From Patescibacteria group bacterium (lineage in GTDB: Bacteria > Patescibacteriota > Patescibacteriia > UBA11705 > JABHMO01), in NCBI GenBank assembly GCA_018818405.1, contig JAHIRY010000047.1, positions 2,053-66,052 on the forward strand: a stretch of DNA of 64,000 nt, read 5' to 3'. Below are positions 1 to 8,470 of the stretch, in pieces; the stretch's first letter is position 1, and each line of letters starts with the position of its first letter. The position numbers were made by a program, and so were the translations under genes. The notes beneath the pieces were generated by a model that was not told the DNA's origin, made no database searches, and saw nothing but the letters and a program-made list of their open reading frames with translations.

Positions 1-2
1 AG

Positions 3-446
3 GAATGGATTGAGAGAACATTTGATTTGGCGGAATTTCCGAGAATGAAAGTAAAAGGAGGCGTTTTAGATTTAAGTAGAACTAATGTTTCATATTTGCC
101 ACGGTTTTTGGAGATGCGCGAATTGAATATTAGTTATACGCTAAATTTAACCAGATTGCCGGCTGGAATGGTTTGTGATGAACTTTTTGCCAGAAAGAGC
201 GTGTTTGCGACATTGGAAAATATTTATGTTAGAAAGGTATTAAATATAGGTGGTAATAAAAAAATAAAAATATTGCCGGACGGTTTGGTTTTGCAAGACC
301 TTTATGCAATGGATAGCGGTTTAGAGACTTTGCCGGATGATTTGATTGTTCATAGTGAATTGTGGGTTCGTGGTTGTGCTGACTCTGTAAAACAAAAAGC
401 GCGTGAACTGCAAGCGCGCGGTCAAATCGAAAAACTTGCTTTGTAG
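3..446 (+). CDS. C-terminal fragment, cut by the window edge, of an LRR-like repeat protein. It is a paralog of the 11381..12499 product.
   Basis: Frame 3 from nt 3 reads EWIERTFDL..VSYLP, matching the middle of the 11381 ORF. The C-terminal motif LPDDLIV..GCADSVKQKARELQARGQIEKLAL matches LPNDLIVSGTLLISGCSETVKQKARELYEKGQIGTLAL. Confidence 0.6.
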   Translation, partial: EWIERTFDLAEFPRMKVKGGVLDLSRTNVSYLPRFLEMRELNISYTLNLTRLPAGMVCDELFARKSVFATLENIYVRKVLNIGGNKKIKILPDGLVLQDLYAMDSGLETLPDDLIVHSELWVRGCADSVKQKARELQARGQIEKLAL

Positions 447-575
447 ATTTGTGAAGGAATGGATTTGATTCTGGTTAGTTTAAAAAGTTGTCCTCAATTA
501 AATTGATGCGCAAAAATTTTTATTGTGGTATTATAATTGCAGGATTGCGTTTTTAAACAAAAATAAAAAGTCAGT

Positions 576-1547
576 ATGAAATCATTTGAAGTCGTGACAA
601 TAGGCAGCGCGTTGAAAGACATCATGTTTCACAGTGATGATGTCGCGTTGGTTGCGGACAAGAAGAATTTGAAAAATTTTTTCAATATAGAAGCCGGCCG
701 AAAATTTTCCATCAGCGATGTTTTTGTCAATTACGGCGGAGGCGCGACCAATGCGGCGGTCGGTCTTAATAATTTCGGCATTATAGTTTCTCCGATGATT
801 ATGCTGGGCGCGGATCAGGTGGGACAAGAATTTTACAGCTATTTGAAAAAAAATAAAATAAATACCGCGCTCATAGAAATTTTGAAAAAAGAAAAAACCG
901 GTTTTTCCATCATTCTCTCGTCAAGCAAGACCAGGGAACATGTTGTTTTTTCTTTCAAGGGAGCGAGCGATTTTGTCAGGGCTCAGAATCTGGATGAATT
1001 CAAGACTGATTGGTTTTATGTTTCCGCATTGACAAACAAAAATTGGAAAGCTGAATTTGAAAAAATAACGCGGCAAGTAAAAAGAGGTTCTCGAATAGCT
1101 TGGAATCCCGGCTTATTGCAATTGAAAGATTACAAAACATTGTTGAAGTTTTTGCCGTTTGTGGAAATATTGATATTGAATTTGGAAGAAGCGGTTGATC
1201 TTGTCTCTCGATTGAATAAAAAAGCGAAAAAGTCGCAATTGAACAAGCCGGTTTATTTATTGAAAGAATTGAGCCGGTCGGGCGCGAAAAAAGTTGTGGT
1301 GACAAAAGGAAATAAAGGAGTTTTCGCAGTGGATGAGTTGGGACAATATCATTATTATCCGTCTGTGGCGGTAACGAAAAGAGTTGTTGACACAGTGGGC
1401 GCGGGCGATGCTTTTTCCTCGGGCTTGATCGCCGGAATGATTCGTTGGGAAAATTTTTCCCGAGCGCTTCAGCTCGGCATTCGCAACAGCGCTCATGTTT
1501 TGTACCGCGTCGGCGCGCAAAACGGATTGATGAAAATAAAATTGTAA
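576..1547 (+). CDS. PfkB-family (ribokinase-like) carbohydrate kinase
   Basis: 323-aa ORF with the C-terminal PfkB signature DTVGAGDAFSSGLIAGM and an N-terminal GG-containing motif. Confidence 0.75.
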   Translation: MKSFEVVTIGSALKDIMFHSDDVALVADKKNLKNFFNIEAGRKFSISDVFVNYGGGATNAAVGLNNFGIIVSPMIMLGADQVGQEFYSYLKKNKINTALIEILKKEKTGFSIILSSSKTREHVVFSFKGASDFVRAQNLDEFKTDWFYVSALTNKNWKAEFEKITRQVKRGSRIAWNPGLLQLKDYKTLLKFLPFVEILILNLEEAVDLVSRLNKKAKKSQLNKPVYLLKELSRSGAKKVVVTKGNKGVFAVDELGQYHYYPSVAVTKRVVDTVGAGDAFSSGLIAGMIRWENFSRALQLGIRNSAHVLYRVGAQNGLMKIKL

Positions 1548-1680
1548 TTGATAAAGCGGCGGATTGCGCACTGCCGTTTTTTGTTTTGGTTGAATTGTGG
1601 TATTATGTATATAAGTTTGAAAAAATAAAAAAATTATCAATCAAAGGTGAAATTTTTTTGCCTTTAATTTATAATTTCAG

Positions 1681-2259
1681 ATGAATTATATGCCAGAAAT
1701 TAAGATTGAAGTATCCGCTCGACATGTGCATTTGACACAGCAAGATTTGGAACAATTGTTCGGGGAGAATTATGTTTTGCAGGTGGAAAAAGAATTATCA
1801 CAGCCGGGACAGTTCGCCAGCACCGATGTTGTCACATTGGTCGGACCGAAAAGACAGCTCGAAAATGTGCGTGTCCTGGGTCCGTGCCGAGGCAACAGCC
1901 AAGTGGAAATTTCTAGGACCGACAGTTATTTTTTGGGCGTACAGGCGCCGATACGATTGTCAGGCAAGATTATCGGTTCAGGTTCAATAAAATTGGTCGG
2001 ACCGGCGGGAGAAGTGGAATTGAAAGAAGGCGTGATTGTCGCCAAACGGCATATCCATCTGAATCCGACGCAAGCGCAAAAATTGAATGTCAGCAACGGA
2101 CAAAATTTAAAAGTTGCCGTCGAAGGACAGAGAGCTTTGATTTTCGATCAGGTGGAAGTGCGCGTTAATGAGGAATTTGACGCGGCCATGCATGTTGACA
2201 CAGATGAAGCGAATGCCGCCGGACTCGAGAGAGAAAGCGTTGGAATTATTATGGAATAA
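1681..2259 (+). CDS. pduL: PduL-type phosphate acyltransferase (phosphotransacetylase)
   Basis: Two PduL repeats, ARHVHL and KRHIHL, plus HVDTDEANAAGL. It sits directly upstream of acetate kinase. Confidence 0.8.
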   Translation: MNYMPEIKIEVSARHVHLTQQDLEQLFGENYVLQVEKELSQPGQFASTDVVTLVGPKRQLENVRVLGPCRGNSQVEISRTDSYFLGVQAPIRLSGKIIGSGSIKLVGPAGEVELKEGVIVAKRHIHLNPTQAQKLNVSNGQNLKVAVEGQRALIFDQVEVRVNEEFDAAMHVDTDEANAAGLERESVGIIME

Positions 2260-2287
2260 TAATTTTGTAAATTAATCCGCGCGCAAT

Positions 2288-3424
2288 ATGTCGAAACATT
2301 ATATATTGGTAATAAACGCCGGAAGTTCCAGTCTGAAATTTAAATTGTTTGATGAATTATTGCGGGAAAAAGCCGGTGGCATTGTCGAGCGAATCGGACT
2401 TTCCGGATCGTTTATGGATTTTAAATTCGGGAAAAGCGAAAAGAAAACAATGATTAGCGTGAAAAATCACACTGACGCGATCAAAGGACTTTTGCACGCG
2501 CTGGCGGAAAACCGAATTGATTTTTCTCTCATTAAAAAAATCGGGCATCGCGTGGTTCATGGCGGAGAAAAATTCATCAAGCCGACATTGCTCACGAAAA
2601 AAATTGTCGCTGAATTGAAAAATTACAACAAGCTGGCGCCGTTGCACAATCCGAATAATATCGCGGGCATTGAATCATGCATGAAAGTTTTGCCGCAAGC
2701 GAAGAACTTTGCCGTTTTTGATACTGCCTTTCATTCGACTTTGCCTGATTACGCTTATTTATATCCATTGCCTTATAGATTTTATGAAAAGCAATCCATA
2801 CGGCGATATGGTTTTCACGGTATTTCCCATCAATATGTCGCTTTGCAAGCGGAAAAGAAATTGAAGAAGAAAAAAGCGAATTTAATTACTTGCCATTTGG
2901 GCAGCGGATGCAGTATTACTGCGATCAGCGCCGGAAAATCAGTTGACACTTCCATGGGATTCACTCCGCTCGAAGGATTGATGATGTCAACTCGAACCGG
3001 AGACATTGATCCGGCGATTGCGTTTTATTTGTTGAAAGAAGGAATGACTCCGAACGAAGTGAATGATTTATTCAATTTTCAATCAGGATTGAAAGGCGTT
3101 TCCGGATTGAAAGACATGCGCGACATTATGCTCGCCAGCGGATATAAAATTCGCGGATACAAAGCGAGCATCAAATTTTCCAATGAACAAAAATATTTGG
3201 CGCGATTGGCTTTGAAAATGTTTTTTTATCGAGTGATAAAATATATCGGAGCTTACGTGGCGATCCTGGGAAAAGTCGATGCCATTGTTTTTACCGCCGG
3301 AATAGGCGAGCGAAACAAAGATATCAGAGATTTGATTATGCGCGGTCTGCGAAATAAATACAAATCATTGGTGATCCCGACAAATGAAGAATTGATGATC
3401 GCTCGGTTGATCGCCAATAAATAA
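2288..3424 (+). CDS. ackA: Acetate kinase
   Basis: N-terminal ILVINAGSSSLKFKLF, the FHGISHQY motif and a length of 378 aa. Confidence 0.9.
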   Translation: MSKHYILVINAGSSSLKFKLFDELLREKAGGIVERIGLSGSFMDFKFGKSEKKTMISVKNHTDAIKGLLHALAENRIDFSLIKKIGHRVVHGGEKFIKPTLLTKKIVAELKNYNKLAPLHNPNNIAGIESCMKVLPQAKNFAVFDTAFHSTLPDYAYLYPLPYRFYEKQSIRRYGFHGISHQYVALQAEKKLKKKKANLITCHLGSGCSITAISAGKSVDTSMGFTPLEGLMMSTRTGDIDPAIAFYLLKEGMTPNEVNDLFNFQSGLKGVSGLKDMRDIMLASGYKIRGYKASIKFSNEQKYLARLALKMFFYRVIKYIGAYVAILGKVDAIVFTAGIGERNKDIRDLIMRGLRNKYKSLVIPTNEELMIARLIANK

Positions 3425-3442
3425 AAACATTTATTTAAAAAA

Positions 3443-5068
3443 ATGTTCAAAAAATTTTTTAATAAATCAAGTTCAATAACTTCTGCCGCGGCTGTCATTG
3501 CCGCGGCAGGTTTGCTGAGCCGATTGCTCGGAGTTTTGCGCGATCGCGTATTGGCATCGAGATTCGGAGCGGGCGACGCGCTGGATATTTATTATGCGGC
3601 TTTTCAGTTTCCGGATTTGATTTTCAATTTGCTGATATTGGGCGCGCTGTCAGCCGGATTTATTCCGCTTTTTGTCGAATTGCTCAGAGATGAGGAAAAA
3701 TTAAATTTTAAAGACAACCGGCCGGCTTGGAATTTTGTTAATAATATTTTGAATATTTTGGGCGTTTGTTTGATCGTGAGCGGAGCGCTTTTGGCGCTGT
3801 TCGCTCCTTTTCTGGTTTCAAAAATCGCGCCCGGTTTTTCTCCGGAAAAATTGGCCGCAACCGCGAACTTGACCAGATTGATGTTTTTGAGTCCCGTGCT
3901 TCTGGGTTTGAGCGCGGTATTCGGCGGAATTTTGCAATCATTCAAACGCTTTCTGGTTTTTTCGCTGGCGCCTGTCCTGTATAATTTGGGAATTATAATT
4001 GGAGCGCTTTTTTTCACTGACATTTGGGGAGTTTACGGCTTGGCGGCCGGCGTTATTTTGGGCGCGGCAATGCATTTGGCGGTGCAAATACCGGCGGCAA
4101 GAAATCTTGGCTGGCGGTACAAATTTGTCTGGCTGCCGACAAACAATAATTTTTTGAGATTATTGAAAATGACCGGTCCGCGCGTCTTGTCAATGGCAAC
4201 CAATCAATTGAATTTGATAGTGATAACGATCTTGGCGTCAACTCTGACTGCCGGCAGTCTGGCGATTTTCAATCTGGCCAATAATTTGCAAAGTTTTCCG
4301 CTGGGAATTTTCGGAATTTCGTTTGCCGTGGCCGCTTTTCCGACTTTGTCGCAATATTTCGCCAAAAAAGATTTTCATGAATTCAATCGAATATTTATAA
4401 AAACTTTCAAGCAAATAATGTTTTTCATTATTCCTTTTTCCGTCGCGCTGATCATTCTCAGAATTCAAGTGGTGAGAATAATTTTGGGCTCGGGAAAATT
4501 CGATTGGAGCGATACTGTCTTGACTGCCAATTCTCTGGGAATTTTCGCCATGAGTTTGTTCGCGCAATCCCTCGTTCCTCTGCTGACAAGATCTTTTTAC
4601 GCGGCGAAAAATACGCTCGTTCCGTTTATAATTTCTTTTGCGAGCGTGGCGGTGAATTTGATTTTAAGTTTGTATCTCATAAGAAAAATCGGAGTATTGG
4701 GTTTGGCAGTCGGTTTTTCGGTCGCGGCGATTGTTAATTTCGTTTTGTCGTTTGTAATGTTGAAAATAAAAATCGAGGAGATCGGACAGCAGGGAATTAT
4801 CCGTTCATTGTTCAAAATTTCAGTCGCGTCTCTGGCAATGGGCGTTGTGATACAGCAAGTAAAATCTTGGATCGGCTCTTTTAGCGATTTGAATACTTTC
4901 GGAGAAATTTTAATGCAAGGCGCGTTCTCGGCGATTGCCGGCGCGATTGTTTTTTTGCTGGTCGGATATTTTTTGAAAATCGAAGAATTGTCGATATTGA
5001 TCGCCAGTTTGCGCGCGAGATTATTGAAGCGCGTGCGCGTCAAAGACGAATCCATTATCGAGAAATAA
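3443..5068 (+). CDS. murJ: Lipid II flippase MurJ (MviN family)
   Basis: 541-aa polytopic membrane protein with the N-terminal RFGAGDALDIYYAAFQFPD motif typical of MurJ. Confidence 0.8.
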   Translation: MFKKFFNKSSSITSAAAVIAAAGLLSRLLGVLRDRVLASRFGAGDALDIYYAAFQFPDLIFNLLILGALSAGFIPLFVELLRDEEKLNFKDNRPAWNFVNNILNILGVCLIVSGALLALFAPFLVSKIAPGFSPEKLAATANLTRLMFLSPVLLGLSAVFGGILQSFKRFLVFSLAPVLYNLGIIIGALFFTDIWGVYGLAAGVILGAAMHLAVQIPAARNLGWRYKFVWLPTNNNFLRLLKMTGPRVLSMATNQLNLIVITILASTLTAGSLAIFNLANNLQSFPLGIFGISFAVAAFPTLSQYFAKKDFHEFNRIFIKTFKQIMFFIIPFSVALIILRIQVVRIILGSGKFDWSDTVLTANSLGIFAMSLFAQSLVPLLTRSFYAAKNTLVPFIISFASVAVNLILSLYLIRKIGVLGLAVGFSVAAIVNFVLSFVMLKIKIEEIGQQGIIRSLFKISVASLAMGVVIQQVKSWIGSFSDLNTFGEILMQGAFSAIAGAIVFLLVGYFLKIEELSILIASLRARLLKRVRVKDESIIEK

Positions 5069-5082
5069 AGGAACTGAAAATT

Positions 5083-5108
5083 ATCAACTTCAATGTTGAT
5101 GATTTTTT
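5083..5108 (+). terminator. Intrinsic terminator after murJ
   Basis: Hairpin atcaacttcaatgttgatgat followed by a T8 run. Confidence 0.5.
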
Positions 5109-5235
5109 TTATGTGGATTTGGCGGACAATTTTTTTCTATTGATTTTTTGGTCAAAATAACATATTATGTGAGAAGGTTTTCGTGAACATGGAGCAAGGT
5201 AAACAATAGATTGTTTTCCTGCTTAATAATAAAAT

Positions 5236-7491
5236 ATGAATAATATAAGAAATTTTTGCATTATCGCGCACATTGACCACGGAAAGTCAACTTTGGCTGA
5301 CCGTTTTTTGGAATTCACCGAAACAGTGGAAAAGCGGCACATGAAAGCTCAGCTTCTTGATTCCATGGATTTGGAGCGTGAAAGAGGGATTACAATCAAA
5401 CTACAGCCTGTCCAAATGAACTATATGACTCGGATTTGTGAGAATAAGAATGAGTCAAAATTACTTTATGAGGATCTTACTTATAAAATAAGGGGAGCCG
5501 CTTTTAATGTTAAGAAAAATTTGGGGTTGGGGCATAAAGAAAAAATTTATCAGAAAGCGCTGGAAGCGGAATTCAAAAAACTCGGTTTGCTGTATGAAAG
5601 TGAAAAATCGATTGAAGTTTTTTACGATGACAAAAAAATCGGAGTTTACCGCCCCGATTTTATCATTGAAAACAAAGTAATCGTCGAACTGAAATCATTA
5701 CCCTTTATCGGCGAAAGAGAAAATTCACAATGCCAATCCTACTTAAAAGGTTCTGAATACAAAGTTCTAGTATTAATCAATTTTTCAAAAACAGACGTCG
5801 AATTTAAACGATTCATTTACGATAGAGCGAGAAAGTCCGCGCAGTCCGCGAAGTCCGCATATATACTTAATTTGATAGATACGCCGGGTCATGTCGATTT
5901 CTCTTACGAGGTTTCCCGCTCGCTCGCGGCAGTCGAAGGCGCAATTCTCTTGGTTGACGCGGCGCAGGGCGTTCAGGCTCAGACTTTGGCGAATTTGTAT
6001 TTGGCGATTGAGCAGGGATTGGAAATAATTCCGGTGATAAATAAAATCGATCTGCCGGCAGCTGATGTGGAAAAAGTTTCAACCGAATTGATAAATCTTA
6101 TCGGCTGTAAAAAAGAAGAAATACTTTTGTGTTCAGCGAAAACAGGGCAGGGAATTGAGGCGATTTTGGACGCGGTGGTGGAGAAAGTTCCGCCGCCGAA
6201 AATCGAACCCGGCAAACCTTTGCGCGCTTTGATATTCGATTCTTTTTTCGATGAATACAAAGGAGTGGTCGCTTATGTCAGAATCGTTGACGGAGAGATT
6301 AAAAAAGGCGATAAAATATTGATTGTCGGAACTGACACTGAAGCGGAAGTTTTGGATGTGGGAATTTTAAAGCCGTCATTGGTCTCAACTCCGAAATTGG
6401 AAACCGGTGAAATCGGATTTGTTGTCAGCGGTTTGAAGGAAATTGAAAATTGCCGGGTGGGCGACACCATTACTTCGTACAGAGAACGGGGAAATATCGA
6501 GGTTTTACCCGGTTACAAACAAGCGACGCCAATGGTTTATGCGGGAATTTTTTGCAAAGAAGGCAATGAGTACGGCGATTTGAGAGAAGCGATCGGGAAA
6601 TTGAAATTAAATGACGCGTCCTTGGTTTATGAACCGGAAAGTTCACCTGTTTTGGGTTTTGGTTTTCGTTGCGGATTTTTGGGAATGTTGCATTTGGAAA
6701 TTTTTCAAGAACGATTACGCCGGGAATTTGATTTGGATTTGGTTGTGACTGTTCCGAGCGTTGCCTACAAGGTTGTGTTGAAGCCGGGAAGTTCCATAGA
6801 ACCGCAGATCAGGAAGGAGCAGATTGTGGCTGATGACGCGTACATTATAAAAAATCCCAATGAATTTCCGGACATGAGTCAGATCGATCACATGGAAGAG
6901 CCGATCATGAATGTTGATATTGTCAGTCCAAAGGATTATCTGGGAAATATCATGAGTTTGGTGCAGGAAAATCGCGGTGAATATTTGAACACGGAATTTA
7001 TCGATCCCACGCGCGTGATTTTGCATTACCGCATGCCGCTCGCAATGTTGATCGTTGATTTTTATGACAAATTGAAAACAGTCAGCTCGGGTTATGCGTC
7101 GATGAATTATGATTTTTTCGGTTATGCGCGCGCTGAATTGATAAAAATGGATATTCTGGTTGCCGATGAAATGGTGGAAGCTTTTTCCACGATTATTTAC
7201 AAGGACATGGCATTTCAAATCGGAAAGAAAATAGTGCAAAATTTAAAAGATACAATTCCAAAACAACAGTTCGTGGTAAAATTGCAGGCAGCCATCGGCG
7301 GAAAAATAATCGCGGCGGAAAGAATTTCCGCTTTGCGCAAAGATGTGACAGCGAAATTATACGGCGGAGATTGGACGAGACGGCAGAAATTATTGGAAAA
7401 GCAGAAAAAGGGAAAAAAGAAAATGATGGCGTTCGGAAAAGGCAAAGTGAATATTCCGCCGGAAGCGTTTCTTGCGGTGATTAAACGGTGA
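5236..7491 (+). CDS. lepA: Elongation factor 4 (LepA) carrying a 144-aa in-frame insertion
   Basis: IIAHIDHGKSTL P-loop, DTPGHVDF, and LepA-specific C-terminal domains. At 751 aa it is about 150 aa longer than canonical LepA of roughly 600 aa. Confidence 0.9.
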   Translation: MNNIRNFCIIAHIDHGKSTLADRFLEFTETVEKRHMKAQLLDSMDLERERGITIKLQPVQMNYMTRICENKNESKLLYEDLTYKIRGAAFNVKKNLGLGHKEKIYQKALEAEFKKLGLLYESEKSIEVFYDDKKIGVYRPDFIIENKVIVELKSLPFIGERENSQCQSYLKGSEYKVLVLINFSKTDVEFKRFIYDRARKSAQSAKSAYILNLIDTPGHVDFSYEVSRSLAAVEGAILLVDAAQGVQAQTLANLYLAIEQGLEIIPVINKIDLPAADVEKVSTELINLIGCKKEEILLCSAKTGQGIEAILDAVVEKVPPPKIEPGKPLRALIFDSFFDEYKGVVAYVRIVDGEIKKGDKILIVGTDTEAEVLDVGILKPSLVSTPKLETGEIGFVVSGLKEIENCRVGDTITSYRERGNIEVLPGYKQATPMVYAGIFCKEGNEYGDLREAIGKLKLNDASLVYEPESSPVLGFGFRCGFLGMLHLEIFQERLRREFDLDLVVTVPSVAYKVVLKPGSSIEPQIRKEQIVADDAYIIKNPNEFPDMSQIDHMEEPIMNVDIVSPKDYLGNIMSLVQENRGEYLNTEFIDPTRVILHYRMPLAMLIVDFYDKLKTVSSGYASMNYDFFGYARAELIKMDILVADEMVEAFSTIIYKDMAFQIGKKIVQNLKDTIPKQQFVVKLQAAIGGKIIAAERISALRKDVTAKLYGGDWTRRQKLLEKQKKGKKKMMAFGKGKVNIPPEAFLAVIKR
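5428..5859 (+). other. In-frame GxxExxY / PD-(D/E)xK nuclease-like domain inserted between the G2 and G3 motifs of LepA
   Basis: Contains GHKEKIY, the GxxExxY motif, and RPDFIIENKVIVELK, a D..ExK motif. It replaces the short beta-hairpin loop present in E. coli LepA (KASDGET). The 3' junction holds the direct repeats agtccgcgc/agtccgcga/agtccgca. Confidence 0.7.
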
Positions 7492-7606
7492 TTCGCAATT
7501 TTTACGTAGAGGCGGGTTGCACCCGCCTGCCATTTCGGATTAATTAAAAAATAAATGTAAAAATTCCTAATGTTGCGATTAATATTGTTTGATTAAAATA
7601 AAAAAT

Positions 7607-7641
7607 GCGGCCGATTGATTCGTCAATCGGCCGTTTTGTTT
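7607..7641. terminator. Bidirectional intrinsic terminator between lepA and the convergent minus-strand gene
   Basis: Hairpin gcggccgattgattcgtcaatcggccg flanked by T/A runs on both sides. Confidence 0.6.
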
Positions 7642-8190
7642 CTAGCGGTTCATCTCGAGCGCCTTGCGCAAGATGCTGAAATTTTTTGAAAAGTATCGTC
7701 CGAGGATTTCCGCTTTTTTCATGATCAGCTTCAGGTTTTTTTCTTCCGCATCTTCATTTTTTTGTGAGGGTTTGTTTCGATTCTTCGCGTCGTCTTCCTC
7801 TTCTTTTGTCATCAATGACAGCTGGAAGAGCTGAGTTAGAATCAAATAGCAAAGTCTTTGAATTTGCGCTTTTTCCGCAGCCGGATTTAGCGTATTTCTG
7901 AGATAAAGATCAAATTCTTGAAGTGTGTCAGAAATGTGCTCGCCATGTTTTTGCATGGTGTCAATCAGAAGTAAAGCAGATTCAGCATCTTCAATGTACA
8001 AATTCAGCCCTCCTCGCTGCTTGGCTTCCATGAAGCTAAGTATCAGTAGTTGCATTCCTTCTTCAAAAATGCGTTTGTTTCCGACCACGAAAAAGTATGT
8101 TGCCCCGCTCCAACCGTCGTTATGGCGCGCCCCATCTTTCTTTACCCAGTTTTCCAACTTGCGGCCTTCTTTTACAGATGGATAATCCAT
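7642..8190 (-). CDS. Hypothetical protein, 182 aa from the SD-supported start (MDYPSVKEGRK...)
   Basis: Strong SD AAAGGAGG sits 7 nt upstream of the ATG at 8188-8190. The ORF-track start at 8238 lacks an SD. No recognisable domain. Minus strand, GC slightly above local background. Confidence 0.5.
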   Translation of the reverse strand: MDYPSVKEGRKLENWVKKDGARHNDGWSGATYFFVVGNKRIFEEGMQLLILSFMEAKQRGGLNLYIEDAESALLLIDTMQKHGEHISDTLQEFDLYLRNTLNPAAEKAQIQRLCYLILTQLFQLSLMTKEEEDDAKNRNKPSQKNEDAEEKNLKLIMKKAEILGRYFSKNFSILRKALEMNR

Positions 8191-8297
8191 GGTCGACCTC
8201 CTTTTGCCGGACTGCAACCTGATATAGAAATCTAACAAAAAACAAAGTTTCCGTCAAGAGAAGCCTTGTTTTTGCGATAATAAAGTTTGTTGGCGAT

Positions 8298-8387
8298 CTA
8301 GAAAATAAAACTCATTGTCCAGAAAACCATGGAAATGATGATAATGACAACTGTCACTGTCCACACGAATTTTTGAGCCTTTTTCAT
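8298..8387 (-). CDS. Possible 29-aa hydrophobic peptide (MKKAQKFVWTVTVVIIIISMVFWTMSFIF)
   Basis: Short ORF lying upstream of, and on the same strand as, 7642..8190. It encodes a single predicted TM helix. There is no homology support. Confidence 0.25.
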   Translation of the reverse strand: MKKAQKFVWTVTVVIIIISMVFWTMSFIF

Positions 8388-8470
8388 AATAAGTGTAAAA
8401 TGGTTATTAGTTTATTGGCTGCAGATTTAAAGCTGATAAGCGCGCTCAGTTAAAGGTTAACAAGTCGCTT

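Noticed and set aside
5428-5859. Intein in lepA
   Set aside because: The insertion lacks an N-terminal Cys/Ser/Thr, a C-terminal His-Asn followed by a Cys/Ser/Thr nucleophile, and Hint-domain blocks. It instead carries GxxExxY and PD-(D/E)xK motifs, so I call it a fused insertion domain.
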